The translations under genes were made by a program, and so were the position numbers. This document shows positions 17,670-27,892 of a DNA stretch of 64,000 nucleotides, piece by piece (position 1 is the stretch's first letter; each line of letters begins with the position of its first letter). A model generated the notes under the pieces. That model worked only from the letters and a program-made list of their open reading frames with translations, had not been told where the DNA came from and ran no database searches. The DNA comes from Candidatus Bathyarchaeia archaeon (GTDB lineage Archaea > Thermoproteota > Bathyarchaeia > 40CM-2-53-6): positions 1-64,000 of the forward strand of contig JBEKSC010000012.1 of assembly GCA_049517415.1 (NCBI GenBank), in the 5' to 3' direction.

Positions 17670-18119
17670 TTGGATCTGGAGGATTACCTGAAGAAAAATG
17701 GCGTTTGGCATAGATTCCTAGCCAAGCCTGAGACCATTCACACAGCGGATGCGTCTCGCGAAACAGGAATCCAATTGAACAGGATCACAAAGAATCTCGT
17801 CTGCAAGACTTACGACGGAAACTACGCATTGTTAATTGTTCCAGGGAATCGAAAAGTCAACTTGAGGAAGGCGGCGCAGGCATTGAATACGCGCAACGTC
17901 CGCCTGCTAGGCTTCGACGAGGCTGAAGCGGTTAGTGGTTATGCACCTGGAGGAACCCCCTCCATCCACCATAAAACCCGAATGAAAGTCGTTCTTGACA
18001 GTGCCTTGCTAGATCAAGAAACAGTTTTTTGCGGAGGAGGGTCGAGGGACAGGCTCCTTGAACTGAATACCGAGGACGTGATAAGACTGGACGATGCAAT
18101 CGTCGCCGACATATCGTAG
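17670..18119 (+). CDS. YbaK/EbsC family aminoacyl-tRNA deacylase
   Basis: ITKNLV..VSGYAPGGTPS..VFCGGG. Confidence 0.9.
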   Translation: MDLEDYLKKNGVWHRFLAKPETIHTADASRETGIQLNRITKNLVCKTYDGNYALLIVPGNRKVNLRKAAQALNTRNVRLLGFDEAEAVSGYAPGGTPSIHHKTRMKVVLDSALLDQETVFCGGGSRDRLLELNTEDVIRLDDAIVADIS

Positions 18120-18279
18120 TGAATCCTCTGCCTCGTTCTCATAGCGTAGGAATATTTCCCTTCAATCAGTTCGCTCACGTCCGTGACCTCAGAGGAATCG
18201 GGACAGATGTTCTACGCGTAATGAGTCTCGTGTTGTTTAAGAGGCCGCTCGATCGATTTTCATTGAAAGAAGGTAATAT

Positions 18280-19074
18280 TTGATGCGTAAAGAGTTACTT
18301 GCAATGCTAGTCATTTCGGGGATTCTCGTTCCATTAGCTTACCAACCTGTCAGTAGCCAGCTAATTTCGATAACACGGACAACCACCGAGTCCTACACAA
18401 TTACATCCATTACAACTGGATCCTCTACGACATATTCTACAACAACTAATACAGGAATGCTCCGCTACCAGCATTGGCCATACGACTACGATTACCGAAC
18501 AGGCACATTCACTCTTGAGCAGTATGAAGCGATAAGCACCAAGCGTTTCCCCTCATTTGAAGGGCCGGGACACATCTGCCTCTATTACGATTACTTTGTG
18601 TTTAACGCAGTCGCGTCACAAGAAATCAGAGGTCATCTTGCGACTGCAAGCCCGATTAACTTCTATGTCTTAGATTTGAACCAGCTGATTGCGTTTAACA
18701 ATTACTTTTGTGGAAATAATTTCGGGCCTTCGATCGTGACGGCATTCGCCTCCTCGTACGATTTTGATTGGACACCGCTTAGCACAGGAGTCTACGTATT
18801 CCTTTTTGCCACACAAAGCCTCTACGGTGCATACTACCCCATTTCCTTCATCGCGTACACTTACAATACAATAATTCAGACCACAACTCTCTCATACGCG
18901 ACGACATCATTCCAGACGCTTCAGAAGGTTGAGACGGTAGTTTCAAGCCTGATTACTACGGCGACAACCCAGAATGCATCCCTAACATTCCTGCCCGTAG
19001 TTCTTTCGATCATCGGTCTCGTTATCGTGTTCATTCTAATAGTAGCCGTGAAGAAACGGCACAGCAAGCCTTGA
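18280..19074 (+). CDS. Secreted/surface protein with Thr-rich linkers and C-terminal membrane anchor
   Basis: Signal peptide, two T/S-rich stretches, C-terminal TM followed by KKRH. Confidence 0.75.
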   Translation: MMRKELLAMLVISGILVPLAYQPVSSQLISITRTTTESYTITSITTGSSTTYSTTTNTGMLRYQHWPYDYDYRTGTFTLEQYEAISTKRFPSFEGPGHICLYYDYFVFNAVASQEIRGHLATASPINFYVLDLNQLIAFNNYFCGNNFGPSIVTAFASSYDFDWTPLSTGVYVFLFATQSLYGAYYPISFIAYTYNTIIQTTTLSYATTSFQTLQKVETVVSSLITTATTQNASLTFLPVVLSIIGLVIVFILIVAVKKRHSKP

Positions 19075-19089
19075 GCGTTACTCAAAGGG

Positions 19090-19215
19090 AAGACCTGAAG
19101 ACTTGAGGACTTCTTGTAGTTTCAGACGGAAAACTCACAGGAACAATCACAGCGGAAAGTTTCCTGAACATCGTCTCCCATTTTCCGGACAAGAGTACAC
19201 GAGAGATCTTGAGGT
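19090..19215 (+). pseudogene. CBS-domain remnant
   Basis: EDLKT*GLLVVSDGKLTGTITAESFL resembles a CBS motif, interrupted by a stop, no start. Confidence 0.35.
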
Positions 19216-19485
19216 CTGTCGCTGGCCTGGCATAGGAGAGCTTCAGCAGGCCGATTTTCCACTTAATCCAAGGGTAATCCAAGGGTCACATGTGTAAGTC
19301 TTCTAATAGGGCTAATCCCGCCCCCTACCCTTTTCGATGAACACACTACACTCCACTGAAGACCAAACAAACAGACCTTGTCTTTCGAGCTCCTCGTTTT
19401 GATTCGAGAAGAAGAGGAGTATGGTCTAATTCACAGCATCATTAGGAGCACGCAAAGTCTCGCTGAGCAATGCAGCCTAAAGCTG

Positions 19486-19511
19486 TATATATGAACACAT
19501 ATTCATATATA
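19486..19511. promoter_or_regulatory. ArsR/SmtB-type operator palindrome overlapping the promoter
   Basis: TATATATGAA-cacata-TTCATATATA, perfect 10-bp arms with the TGAA-N6-TTCA core, 9 nt before ATG 19521. Confidence 0.85.
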
Positions 19512-19520
19512 TGGGCAAAA

Positions 19521-19892
19521 ATGTCCACTGTACGGATTGTTAGGGAAGGCGAAACATGCGACGTACGATGCCTAAACCCTACCAAAGTCAAGAAAATAGC
19601 CAAACTGTTTCCTAAGAATGAAACGTTGACAGAACTCTCAGACCTGTTTCAGTTACTGAGCGATCCGAATCGAATCAAGATATTATACGCTCTCTCTAGA
19701 GATGAAGTGTGTGTCTGTGACCTCTCAGCTCTCTTGGGCATGAGTGATTCTGCTGTTTCGCACCAACTTCGATTACTTCGAGCACTGAGACTTGTAAAGT
19801 CGAGGAGGGACGGTCGAGTAATTTACTATTCATTGGCGGATGACCATGTGACAAGATTACTTGCGATGTGCTTAGAGCATGAAAGCGAATGA
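19521..19892 (+). CDS. ArsR/SmtB family metalloregulator (CadC/CzrA-like)
   Basis: LSDPNRIKIL..EVCVCDL..SAVSHQLRLLR..YYSLADDHV..LEH; start moved to ATG 19521. Confidence 0.93.
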   Translation: MSTVRIVREGETCDVRCLNPTKVKKIAKLFPKNETLTELSDLFQLLSDPNRIKILYALSRDEVCVCDLSALLGMSDSAVSHQLRLLRALRLVKSRRDGRVIYYSLADDHVTRLLAMCLEHESE

Positions 19893-20538
19893 GCGAGGTA
19901 CGGAACGAGGCGTAGCTGTCGAATCTGATGATCTACTAAAACGAGGACTACTTGTCGAATACGCCAGTTTAGCATGGATGACTGCCGAAGCAGTTGGAGC
20001 CATTATCGCTGGCACGTTTGCAGGCAGTTTGGCACTTCTTGCATTTGGTGGCGATAGTCTAATTGAGTTAGCTTCATCAATCGCCGTTGTGGGTCATCTC
20101 AGGGAAGAGAATAGTGGGCGGGGAAGTGATGATCGGACTGAGAAGGCTGAACAAGCTACTGTATTACTGCTCTTCCTGCTGATTCCTGTAATCGGGTTAG
20201 GTACAACCTATGCGTATTTGAGCGGTGTTAAACCGGAGTTGTCGATTCTTGGTATTCTAGTAGCTGCGGGCGCGATTGTAATAATGCCAGTTCTCTGGTT
20301 TGAGAAGCGTCGAATTGGTAAGAAGGCAAATTGCTTGCCCATGGCAGTAGATGCTACAGAATCAGCTACTTGTTTTTCAATGTCAGTCGCGTTACTCGTC
20401 GGTCTTGTAGCCAACTTCTTGTGGAAACTGTGGTGGGTTGACTATGTGGCGACCGTGGTCATCCTATTTTTCCTATCGAGAGAGGCATGGGAATCATTTA
20501 GACACTTCAGAGCTGAGCGGCAGAGGAGTATGTTCTGA
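19879..20538 (+). CDS. Cation efflux (CDF-like transmembrane domain) protein
   Basis: GSLALLAFGGDSLIE..DATES..WWVD; lacks a cytoplasmic C-domain. Confidence 0.8.
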   Translation: MKANERGTERGVAVESDDLLKRGLLVEYASLAWMTAEAVGAIIAGTFAGSLALLAFGGDSLIELASSIAVVGHLREENSGRGSDDRTEKAEQATVLLLFLLIPVIGLGTTYAYLSGVKPELSILGILVAAGAIVIMPVLWFEKRRIGKKANCLPMAVDATESATCFSMSVALLVGLVANFLWKLWWVDYVATVVILFFLSREAWESFRHFRAERQRSMF

Positions 20539-20634
20539 TCAATCGTACTCTTCAAGAGTTGAAGGAAGTCGTGGCCAGAACACGGTAGAACGGCACACAA
20601 CTAATTCGAACGCGAGTAGAAGATGAGAATTTAG

Positions 20635-22470
20635 ATGACTGATTCTGGCATTGAGCGAAAGGAAATCCTACGGCTTGTCCTGATGGGGTTTGCTGTTCTC
20701 TTCAGTTGGCTTGGGCTGTGGAGACTTTTACTGCCGATTGATTTGGTAGCCTTAGCATCTACGCTGATTGGAGGCTATCCGATCTACAAAGAAACGTTCG
20801 AGTCCTTGAGGCATAAGAAAATCAATATGGAAGTGTCGATGACCCTAGCGATCTTCGCATCATTATTGATCGGGCAGTTCACCGCGGCAACTGTTATCGC
20901 GTTCTTCGTGATCTTGGCGGAATTATTTGAGGCGATGGCGGTCGATAAAGGTAGGGCGACTATGCTCAAGCTGGAAGAAGCCACACCCAAGACGGCTTTG
21001 GTTAAAAGAAATGGAACGGAGATCTCGGTTGATGTTCGAACTCTATCGGCCGGTGAAATCGTAATCGTGAGGGATGGTGACCGGATTCCCGTAGACGGCA
21101 TCATTCTTGGAGGATCCGCGTTAGTAAATCAAGCAAGCATTACAGGGGAGACCGTTTCAGTAGACAAGAGTGTGGGGAGCAGAGTATACGCAGGAAGTGT
21201 AGACGAATCCGGGCTGCTTGAGGTTGAAACTGAAAGAATCGGCAACGAGACTGTCTTCGGCAAGATAATCGGACTAGTCCAACAAGCAGAGACTCATAAA
21301 GCCCCAATTGAGAAGACTTCCGATAAACTCGCAACGAGGCTGGTTGAATTTGCTATCCTCTTTTCGTTGGTCACTTTCATAGTCACTAGAAATCTAATCT
21401 CCACAATCTCAGTTATCGTGGTTGCGGGTGCCTGCGGCGTCGCTGCGGGAACACCTCTGGCGATGCTCGCTACGATAGGAAACGCAGCTAAGCGTGGCGT
21501 CATCGTAAAAGGTGGAAGTTACATTGAGGAAATGAACCGCGTGGACACCGTAGTAATCGATAAGACTGGTACATTGACTTTCGGAGTTCCTGAAGTCACT
21601 GATGTGACCACCGTTGATGAGTGTGGGCAACGGGTGACCCTTCTACTCGCAGCAACAGCCGAAAAACATTCCACTCATCCCATCGCCAATGCAATAGTCG
21701 AGAAAGCCTCCGAACTAGGAATCAGACCCAACGAGCATTCCATCTTCAACTATACCCCGGGAAAAGGAGTTGAAGTTGAAAGCGAGGGACACAAAATCAT
21801 CGTCGGAAATATTACTTTACTGAGTGAGAAGGGTGTCCCAGTCCCTACTCGCGCTTCAGAGTTAGCGTCTGCGAGAGCGGCTGAAGGGAAGACAGTCGTT
21901 TTCGTGGCGCATGGAGAGAAGGTCTGTGGACTGATAGCAGTTCAGGATAAAATTAGGGACGAGAGTAGAACAGCCATGACCGACCTTAAACGAATGGGAG
22001 TTAAGGCGATCATGTTAACAGGAGACAACAAGGTCGCAGCCCAGATAGTTGCTAACGAAGTAGGGATAAACGAAGTTTACGCGGAATTACTTCCTCAAGA
22101 CAAGGTTGCCATCATAAAACGATTGGTAGCCGAAGGGCATCGGGTAGCAATGGTGGGAGACGGAATTAATGACGCCCCAGCCCTAGCTTACGCGAACGTC
22201 GGAATAGGAATGGGAGCAGGAACCGACGTGACCATCGAAGAAGCTGACGTCGTACTGATGACTAATGATCTACAGAAAATTTCATACCTAGTTAAAGCGA
22301 GCAAACGGACGTATGGAACTATAATGCAAAACTTCTACGGCACATTAACGATCGACGGAATAGGCATGGGTTTGGCATTTCTAGGTATTTTAAATCCACT
22401 CTTGGCAGCCGGAATACACGTGTTTTCGGAACTCATTTTTCTCTTGAACTCTGCGAAACTGATACGGTGA
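20635..22470 (+). CDS. Heavy-metal-translocating P1B-type ATPase
   Basis: TGET, DKTGTLT, SxHP, MLTGDN, MVGDGINDAPAL; TM motif AGACG in place of CPC. Confidence 0.95.
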   Translation: MTDSGIERKEILRLVLMGFAVLFSWLGLWRLLLPIDLVALASTLIGGYPIYKETFESLRHKKINMEVSMTLAIFASLLIGQFTAATVIAFFVILAELFEAMAVDKGRATMLKLEEATPKTALVKRNGTEISVDVRTLSAGEIVIVRDGDRIPVDGIILGGSALVNQASITGETVSVDKSVGSRVYAGSVDESGLLEVETERIGNETVFGKIIGLVQQAETHKAPIEKTSDKLATRLVEFAILFSLVTFIVTRNLISTISVIVVAGACGVAAGTPLAMLATIGNAAKRGVIVKGGSYIEEMNRVDTVVIDKTGTLTFGVPEVTDVTTVDECGQRVTLLLAATAEKHSTHPIANAIVEKASELGIRPNEHSIFNYTPGKGVEVESEGHKIIVGNITLLSEKGVPVPTRASELASARAAEGKTVVFVAHGEKVCGLIAVQDKIRDESRTAMTDLKRMGVKAIMLTGDNKVAAQIVANEVGINEVYAELLPQDKVAIIKRLVAEGHRVAMVGDGINDAPALAYANVGIGMGAGTDVTIEEADVVLMTNDLQKISYLVKASKRTYGTIMQNFYGTLTIDGIGMGLAFLGILNPLLAAGIHVFSELIFLLNSAKLIR

Positions 22471-22481
22471 TGGAAATTTGT

Positions 22482-22506
22482 TGATTCCGGCAACCAATTT
22501 TGAACC
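22482..22506 (-). repeat. Outlying degenerate copy of the tRNA-3'-like repeat
   Basis: Minus strand GGTTCAAAATTGGTTGCCGGAATCA (25 nt). Confidence 0.45.
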
Positions 22507-22568
22507 GCTATTATGTACCCTACGCAGACGAACAGCATCTTATCAGGGCTCTTCGTATGAATAGCACC

Positions 22569-23369
22569 TCAAGGCTGCTCTGGCTTAAGCGACCTTCCGT
22601 ATCTGTTCGCAACGATTTCTGCAATTATGCTCAATGCTATTTCGGCAGGAGTCTTAGCGCCTATGTGGAGCCCTATTGGCGCCTTCACCTTAGCGAGAAG
22701 TTCCTGTGAGATGCCCTGCTCTCTCAGATTAGCGAATGTTCTGGCAATCTTCTCTCTGCTACCAATCATGCCAATATACCCGGGAAGGCTGGCTTTGGAG
22801 AGGCATTCCTTCAGAACCACTTCGTCGTGCGCATGACCGTGGGTGATTATGACAACGCAGTCTCCTTCAGAAAAGTCCACGGATTTGATCACATTAGCAA
22901 ACTCGCCAACTTTTACTTCATCCGCTTGCGGAAAACGCTCCTTGCTAGCAAAATCCTGTCGATCGTCTACGACGGCGACAGCGAATTCAAGAGTCTTGGC
23001 AAACTGGACGAGAGGAACAGCGATGTGACCACCCCCGAAGACGTACATCGTAGAAGGGCCCTGAATAGGTTCCATGAAGACCGTCACCTTTCCACCGCAA
23101 AGCACTCCGATGCTGTCTGCGCTCTCATCATCAAGCGCGAGCTCGAGCAGTCTAGTCTTCCTGTCAGATATGCAGCGTAGCGCTTCCTCGCGAACTTTTG
23201 CCTCGAGAAGACCTCCGCCGACTGTTCCCGAGATTTCGCCATTAGGATAGACTAACATGCGGAAGCCTGTTTTTCCGGGCGAGCCTTTCTCGCCCCCAAC
23301 AACTGTTGCAAGGGCGGCGGCTTTTCGTTCTCGTTTAACCGCCATGATCTTTTCAAAGATATCGGGCAT
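22569..23369 (-). CDS. XdhC/CoxI family molybdoenzyme accessory protein
   Basis: GTVGGGLLE..CGG..FGGGHIA..THGHAHD..YIGMIGS..APIGL.IGAKTPAEIALSI. Confidence 0.93.
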   Translation of the reverse strand: MPDIFEKIMAVKRERKAAALATVVGGEKGSPGKTGFRMLVYPNGEISGTVGGGLLEAKVREEALRCISDRKTRLLELALDDESADSIGVLCGGKVTVFMEPIQGPSTMYVFGGGHIAVPLVQFAKTLEFAVAVVDDRQDFASKERFPQADEVKVGEFANVIKSVDFSEGDCVVIITHGHAHDEVVLKECLSKASLPGYIGMIGSREKIARTFANLREQGISQELLAKVKAPIGLHIGAKTPAEIALSIIAEIVANRYGRSLKPEQP

Positions 23370-23494
23370 ATACCCCTCCTCGCTTCACATGGATAAGAAT
23401 CATCGGGGTCTCCTACTCCGATCGCGCTGGGAACTCTTACTAGCATCTGTTACAAAGGGCATTCGTATGAAGGGCGGATAGGCGTACTCGTTCA

Positions 23495-25906
23495 ATGACA
23501 ATCAAGGCGACAGCCGACTTTGCCGACTTACCAATTGAGGAGACGTACTCGGTACTGAGTGCGTCAACAAACGGTTTGAGCGAAGATGAGGCAAAGAGAC
23601 GCATTAACGAATCTGGCTACAACGAATTATCGGAGAAGCGGAAGAACCCCTTCGTCGATTTCTTGGCGCGGTATTGGGGGCCAATGCCTTGGCTTTTGGA
23701 ATTAACGATGGTTCTCTCATACGTCATAGGCCACTACCTAGAAGTGGAAATAGTCTTTGTGCTTCTTACCCTGAATGCTGTCATAGGTTTTCACCATTCT
23801 CGCAGTTCCCTGAAAGCACTTGATCTCCTGAAGAGACGGCTAGCGATTAAAGCGAAGGTCCTGCGGAACGGAGAATGGGTAGTCAAGGATGCTCGGGAAA
23901 TAGTTCCGGGAGACATCATACAAGTTGGTTTGGGCGACCTAGTACCGGCTGATGCCAAGATTGTTGCTGGAGAAGTGTCCGTTGATCAGTCAGCGTTGAC
24001 CGGTGAATCACTTCCCGTGACTGCACATCAATCCGGAATTTTCTATTCGAGTTCTATCATAAAACGAGGCGAAGCGAAAGCTCTCGTACTCAACACGGGA
24101 GCCAATACCTACTTCGGAAAAACTGCTGAATTAGTGAAAATCGCCAAACCGAAATCGCACCAAGAACAGATCATGTCGGCCATCGTCAAATATGCAATGT
24201 ACATGGGCATTGCGGCCTTAGCGTTCGTGGTATTAGACGCGGCTTTAACACAAGTCGTAGATGTTCTAACCGTCGTAACGTTCGCTCTAATCTTTCTCAT
24301 GGGTTCCGTCCCAGTCGCACTGCCGGCGGTCTTCGCCATCGTTTTGGCTGTAGGCGCAATGCAACTTGCCAAAGAAGGCGCTCTAGTAACTAGGCTGAAT
24401 TCTATTGAGGACGCAGCATCAATGGAAGTGCTCTGCCTAGACAAGACCGGCACAATCACACAGAACAAACTCTCTGTCACCGACCCTATCCCCTTCCAAG
24501 GGTTCGAAAAGAACGACGTCGCAATAATGGCGAGACTAGCTTCGAAAGAAGAGATAAGAGACGTAATTGACCTCGCCGTGATCGACTACGCAAAGAAACT
24601 CCCTGCCTCCGAACAGTACGCACAAGAGTCGTTCACTCCCTTCGACCCCGCCACAAAACGATCCGAGGCAATCGTCGAACACGACGGAAAACGATTCAGA
24701 GTCATCAAAGGGGCACCACAGGTAATTCTGTCTCTATGCAAAGTAGACGGTGAAACTGGGAAGAATGTCAACGCTAGTGTGGAAGAATTATCTCAGAAAG
24801 GTTATCGAACACTCGCGGTAGCCAAATCAGAGGATGATGACCTAGATAACCTCAGGCTCGTAGGGCTCCTCCCACTGGCCGATCCTCCCAGGCCCGACTC
24901 GAAGGAAACGATCGGGGAACTAAAACGCTTAGGCGTAAAGACGAAAATGCTGACAGGAGATAACGCGGCAATAGCCAGAGAGATTGCAGGCCAAGTGGGG
25001 ATTGGCAATCGAATCTATCCGATGTCAAATCTCGAGAAGCTATCAGAAGCGGATCAAGCAAACATTCTGGATGAATATGATGGGTTGGCAGAGATTTACC
25101 CAGAAGACAAGTACAAAGTGGTGAAGCTTCTGCAGTCGAGAGGCCATATGGTAGGAATGACCGGCGATGGTGTGAACGATTCACCAGCTCTCAAACAAGC
25201 GGAAGTGGGCATAGCAGTGAACAACTCCACCGACGTTGCAAAAGCGTCTGCCAGCATAGTCCTAACGGAACCTGGGCTGAAGGTTATCCTTAACGCGATC
25301 GGTACGAGCAGACAAATCTACCAGCGCATGCTAACATGGGTCGTCAACAAGGTCACGAAAGTAATACAATTCATAGGCATACTAGTCTTGGGCTTCTTGT
25401 GGTTGCATCACATCGTCCTCTCGGTGCTAGGTATGGTTCTGTTGGTGTTTGCGAATGACTTCGTGACAATGTCACTTGCCACTGATAACGTGAAGACCAC
25501 GAAGAGCCCGAACATATGGAACGTGAAGAAGATCACGTTAGCCTCAATCCTTATCGGCGTACTCTTGGTTGTCGAGGGTGTCATCGTCATCTTCATCGGC
25601 ACGAATTACTATCACATGGAACTAGGAACACTTCAAACCTTCGTGCTGCTTACACTAGTCTTTACCAGCCAGTTCAGAGTCCTTATTGTGAGGGAGAGAG
25701 GACACTTCTGGGCCTCTCGACCCGGAAGGGAACTTACCATCTCTAGCTTGGCTACGGTGATTGGATTCGCCTTGTTGGGAATCTACGGCGTTGTCCTACC
25801 ATCCGTCACGACAATTCAAGTTCTCGTTGTCTTGGGACTCTCTGCAATCTTCACACTTGGCGTAGACTTCCCCAAGTACGTCGCGTTCAGAAAATTAGGC
25901 CTATGA
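23495..25906 (+). CDS. Plasma-membrane proton-efflux P-type ATPase (P3A)
   Basis: WGPMPWLLE, DQSALTGES, PVALPAV, DKTGT, PFDP, KGAP, DPPRPD, GMTGDGVND, ND in TM6. Confidence 0.94.
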   Translation: MTIKATADFADLPIEETYSVLSASTNGLSEDEAKRRINESGYNELSEKRKNPFVDFLARYWGPMPWLLELTMVLSYVIGHYLEVEIVFVLLTLNAVIGFHHSRSSLKALDLLKRRLAIKAKVLRNGEWVVKDAREIVPGDIIQVGLGDLVPADAKIVAGEVSVDQSALTGESLPVTAHQSGIFYSSSIIKRGEAKALVLNTGANTYFGKTAELVKIAKPKSHQEQIMSAIVKYAMYMGIAALAFVVLDAALTQVVDVLTVVTFALIFLMGSVPVALPAVFAIVLAVGAMQLAKEGALVTRLNSIEDAASMEVLCLDKTGTITQNKLSVTDPIPFQGFEKNDVAIMARLASKEEIRDVIDLAVIDYAKKLPASEQYAQESFTPFDPATKRSEAIVEHDGKRFRVIKGAPQVILSLCKVDGETGKNVNASVEELSQKGYRTLAVAKSEDDDLDNLRLVGLLPLADPPRPDSKETIGELKRLGVKTKMLTGDNAAIAREIAGQVGIGNRIYPMSNLEKLSEADQANILDEYDGLAEIYPEDKYKVVKLLQSRGHMVGMTGDGVNDSPALKQAEVGIAVNNSTDVAKASASIVLTEPGLKVILNAIGTSRQIYQRMLTWVVNKVTKVIQFIGILVLGFLWLHHIVLSVLGMVLLVFANDFVTMSLATDNVKTTKSPNIWNVKKITLASILIGVLLVVEGVIVIFIGTNYYHMELGTLQTFVLLTLVFTSQFRVLIVRERGHFWASRPGRELTISSLATVIGFALLGIYGVVLPSVTTIQVLVVLGLSAIFTLGVDFPKYVAFRKLGL

Positions 25907-26008
25907 GCACGCGAGACGAGATGGTGGGAAGTACTAAGATAATGCTACCAAGCAGCAATACCATAATCCTCGACTTTTTTCCAAGAGACTGTAGCCTAAA
26001 TCAGGTTG

Positions 26009-26503
26009 CTAGATCTCCTCGCCTACTCTATCCCTAAGGTTGCGATACCAACCTGCCAGCTCGTATTCATTCGTTCTATAGTCGTCTCGGTATGGTTTAA
26101 TGTCCAAGATTGGAGTTCGATCGAACAAGTCTAGGCCGGAAACGAAAAGTTCCCTTCCATCGATGCGCAGCAATTTCACTAAGCTCAGACCAATTGGGTT
26201 TGGTCTAGTAGGGGAATCGATCGCGAAAACTCCTACCACGGGGAGTTCCTCTAACTTGAACCCCTTGCTCAGTAATCGTCTTGGCCTAACCTTGAGAACA
26301 CCGACCTGGTCAGGTCTCAATCTGTGGAGGAAGCTCAACACGAAAATATGTGAAAATCCAGTCAAGCCGTCTAATGCGTCTTGGAATTCGGGAAAAATCT
26401 CTATTCGCGACTCGCAGTCCAGTTCACGCCTCCGGCCCTTTATTTCATCATCAGAGGCTTGAACCCTGACTTCGCCAATCGGATGGAACGAGAACTCGCT
26501 CAT
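26009..26503 (-). CDS. tsaA: tRNA (N6-threonylcarbamoyl-A37)-methyltransferase TrmO/TsaA family
   Basis: GVFA.DSPTRPNPIGLS..GLDLFDRTPILDIKPY; start moved to ATG 26503. Confidence 0.88.
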   Translation of the reverse strand: MSEFSFHPIGEVRVQASDDEIKGRRRELDCESRIEIFPEFQDALDGLTGFSHIFVLSFLHRLRPDQVGVLKVRPRRLLSKGFKLEELPVVGVFAIDSPTRPNPIGLSLVKLLRIDGRELFVSGLDLFDRTPILDIKPYRDDYRTNEYELAGWYRNLRDRVGEEI

Positions 26504-26804
26504 ACTCTTTGAAACGCTTGATCGATTTATGTAATTAACGGTTGAACGAAAGGACGGAAACGAAACATTGAACGTGTGGTAGGGAGAAACAAGTGAAGTC
26601 CAAGAACTCACTGAGTTTACTTGCGGTCCATCTAGCTTGATAGCTATGAAGTTCTTCCAACCCGGACTCTCTTACCAAAGGGCTTGAGCGTGCGCGCACC
26701 GGTACGGGTTATGCTTCAAGAAAGACGAACTTGGCGGCGGGGTGCTCGTGAAGGGCCGGCTACTCGAAGGAAAAAGAAAAGCTGCTGCCGCTGCCGGCTT
26801 GTCT

Positions 26805-27203
26805 TCATTTACTTGGAATCTTCTGAGTGATCACGACGCGGTGAGTATCGGCCAGTTTACCGCTAAACTGTGGTAGCCATTTCTTACCCCACTTCCCTAG
26901 TCCCTCTAGCGCCGGTTCAAGCTCGAGGCCAGAAGCTGTCAGGGAGTACTGAACACTAAAGGGCGCTGTACTGATCACTTCCCTGCGGACGATTCCGTTC
27001 TGCTCTAGGAACTTCAAAGTCGCTGACAATGTTTTCGAGTTTATTCCAGACGCTCGCAGAAGCTCGTTGAAACCTTTCGGGCCCGTAAACAAATGTCTAA
27101 CCACCAAGAGCCGCGATTCAGTAACGATAGCCTTTATCGCGCCAACCGCGGGGCAGCGGTCAGCGTCAGGTTCTATTGTTCTCAGTTTCAAGCGAGCTGG
27201 CAT
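26805..27203 (-). CDS. HxlR family winged-helix transcriptional regulator
   Basis: CPAVGAI..GPKGFNEL..GINSKTLS..VQYSLT..WG. Confidence 0.92.
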   Translation of the reverse strand: MPARLKLRTIEPDADRCPAVGAIKAIVTESRLLVVRHLFTGPKGFNELLRASGINSKTLSATLKFLEQNGIVRREVISTAPFSVQYSLTASGLELEPALEGLGKWGKKWLPQFSGKLADTHRVVITQKIPSK

Positions 27204-27210
27204 TTTTGTT

Positions 27211-27223
27211 GTAACCTAGTTAC
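27211..27223. promoter_or_regulatory. Candidate HxlR operator
   Basis: Palindrome GTAAC-cta-GTTAC in the divergent HxlR/Rieske gap, with further TTACC/GGTTA half-sites nearby. Confidence 0.5.
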
Positions 27224-27287
27224 CTTAGGGTTAGCATGGGTTAATATCCTTACCTTCATACAGTAGATTGCTAAAGTCAAGTGAGGC

Positions 27288-27692
27288 ATGTTAATGGAAG
27301 TTGAAGTGGCGAAGATCACAGAAATACCGCCGGGCAGCATGAAGCGAGTGAGAGCGTTTGATCAGGATGTTCTGCTTTCGAACGTTGATGGAAAGATCTA
27401 TGCTACGTCGAATAGATGCGGTCATTCGAACGCAAGCCTAGCCAGAGGAGCGCTTCAAGGAAAGGTAGTCACCTGTCCGCTCCACGGGGCGAAATTCGAT
27501 GTCACAACCGGAAAGAACCTCTCGGGTCCCCAGCTGAGCATGCCGCCGGAAGTCGTGCAAAAGCTGCCTCAGGAAATGCTTGAGATGATGAAGAATGCCA
27601 CAGACATAATTTCCGAAATCCAGGTAGAACCCTTGAAAACGTACAAGGTAGGTATTAGGGGGACCTCCGTATTTCTGGAAGGAACCACTTAG
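27288..27692 (+). CDS. Rieske [2Fe-2S] ferredoxin
   Basis: CGH..CPLHG.KFD. Confidence 0.92.
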   Translation: MLMEVEVAKITEIPPGSMKRVRAFDQDVLLSNVDGKIYATSNRCGHSNASLARGALQGKVVTCPLHGAKFDVTTGKNLSGPQLSMPPEVVQKLPQEMLEMMKNATDIISEIQVEPLKTYKVGIRGTSVFLEGTT

Positions 27693-27892
27693 TTTCTTGT
27701 GATTCTAGAGTAATCATAGAATCATAACCTGGTAATTGTGAGATGGCAAGTCAGAGTCTAGCGGCGGCTGGGCAGAAGTGCATCCCGTAGGTCGGGCTGG
27801 GTTAGCGCCGCAGAATTTTGTCATGATTTACGGTCCGCGTGACAACCACGAAGTGGACGTAGTGTTCAGCTTAGTGCAGGCAGCATATCTTT

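Noticed and set aside
19470..19520. Longer N-terminus of ArsR
   Set aside because: Runs through the operator/promoter palindrome; ATG 19521 is more plausible.
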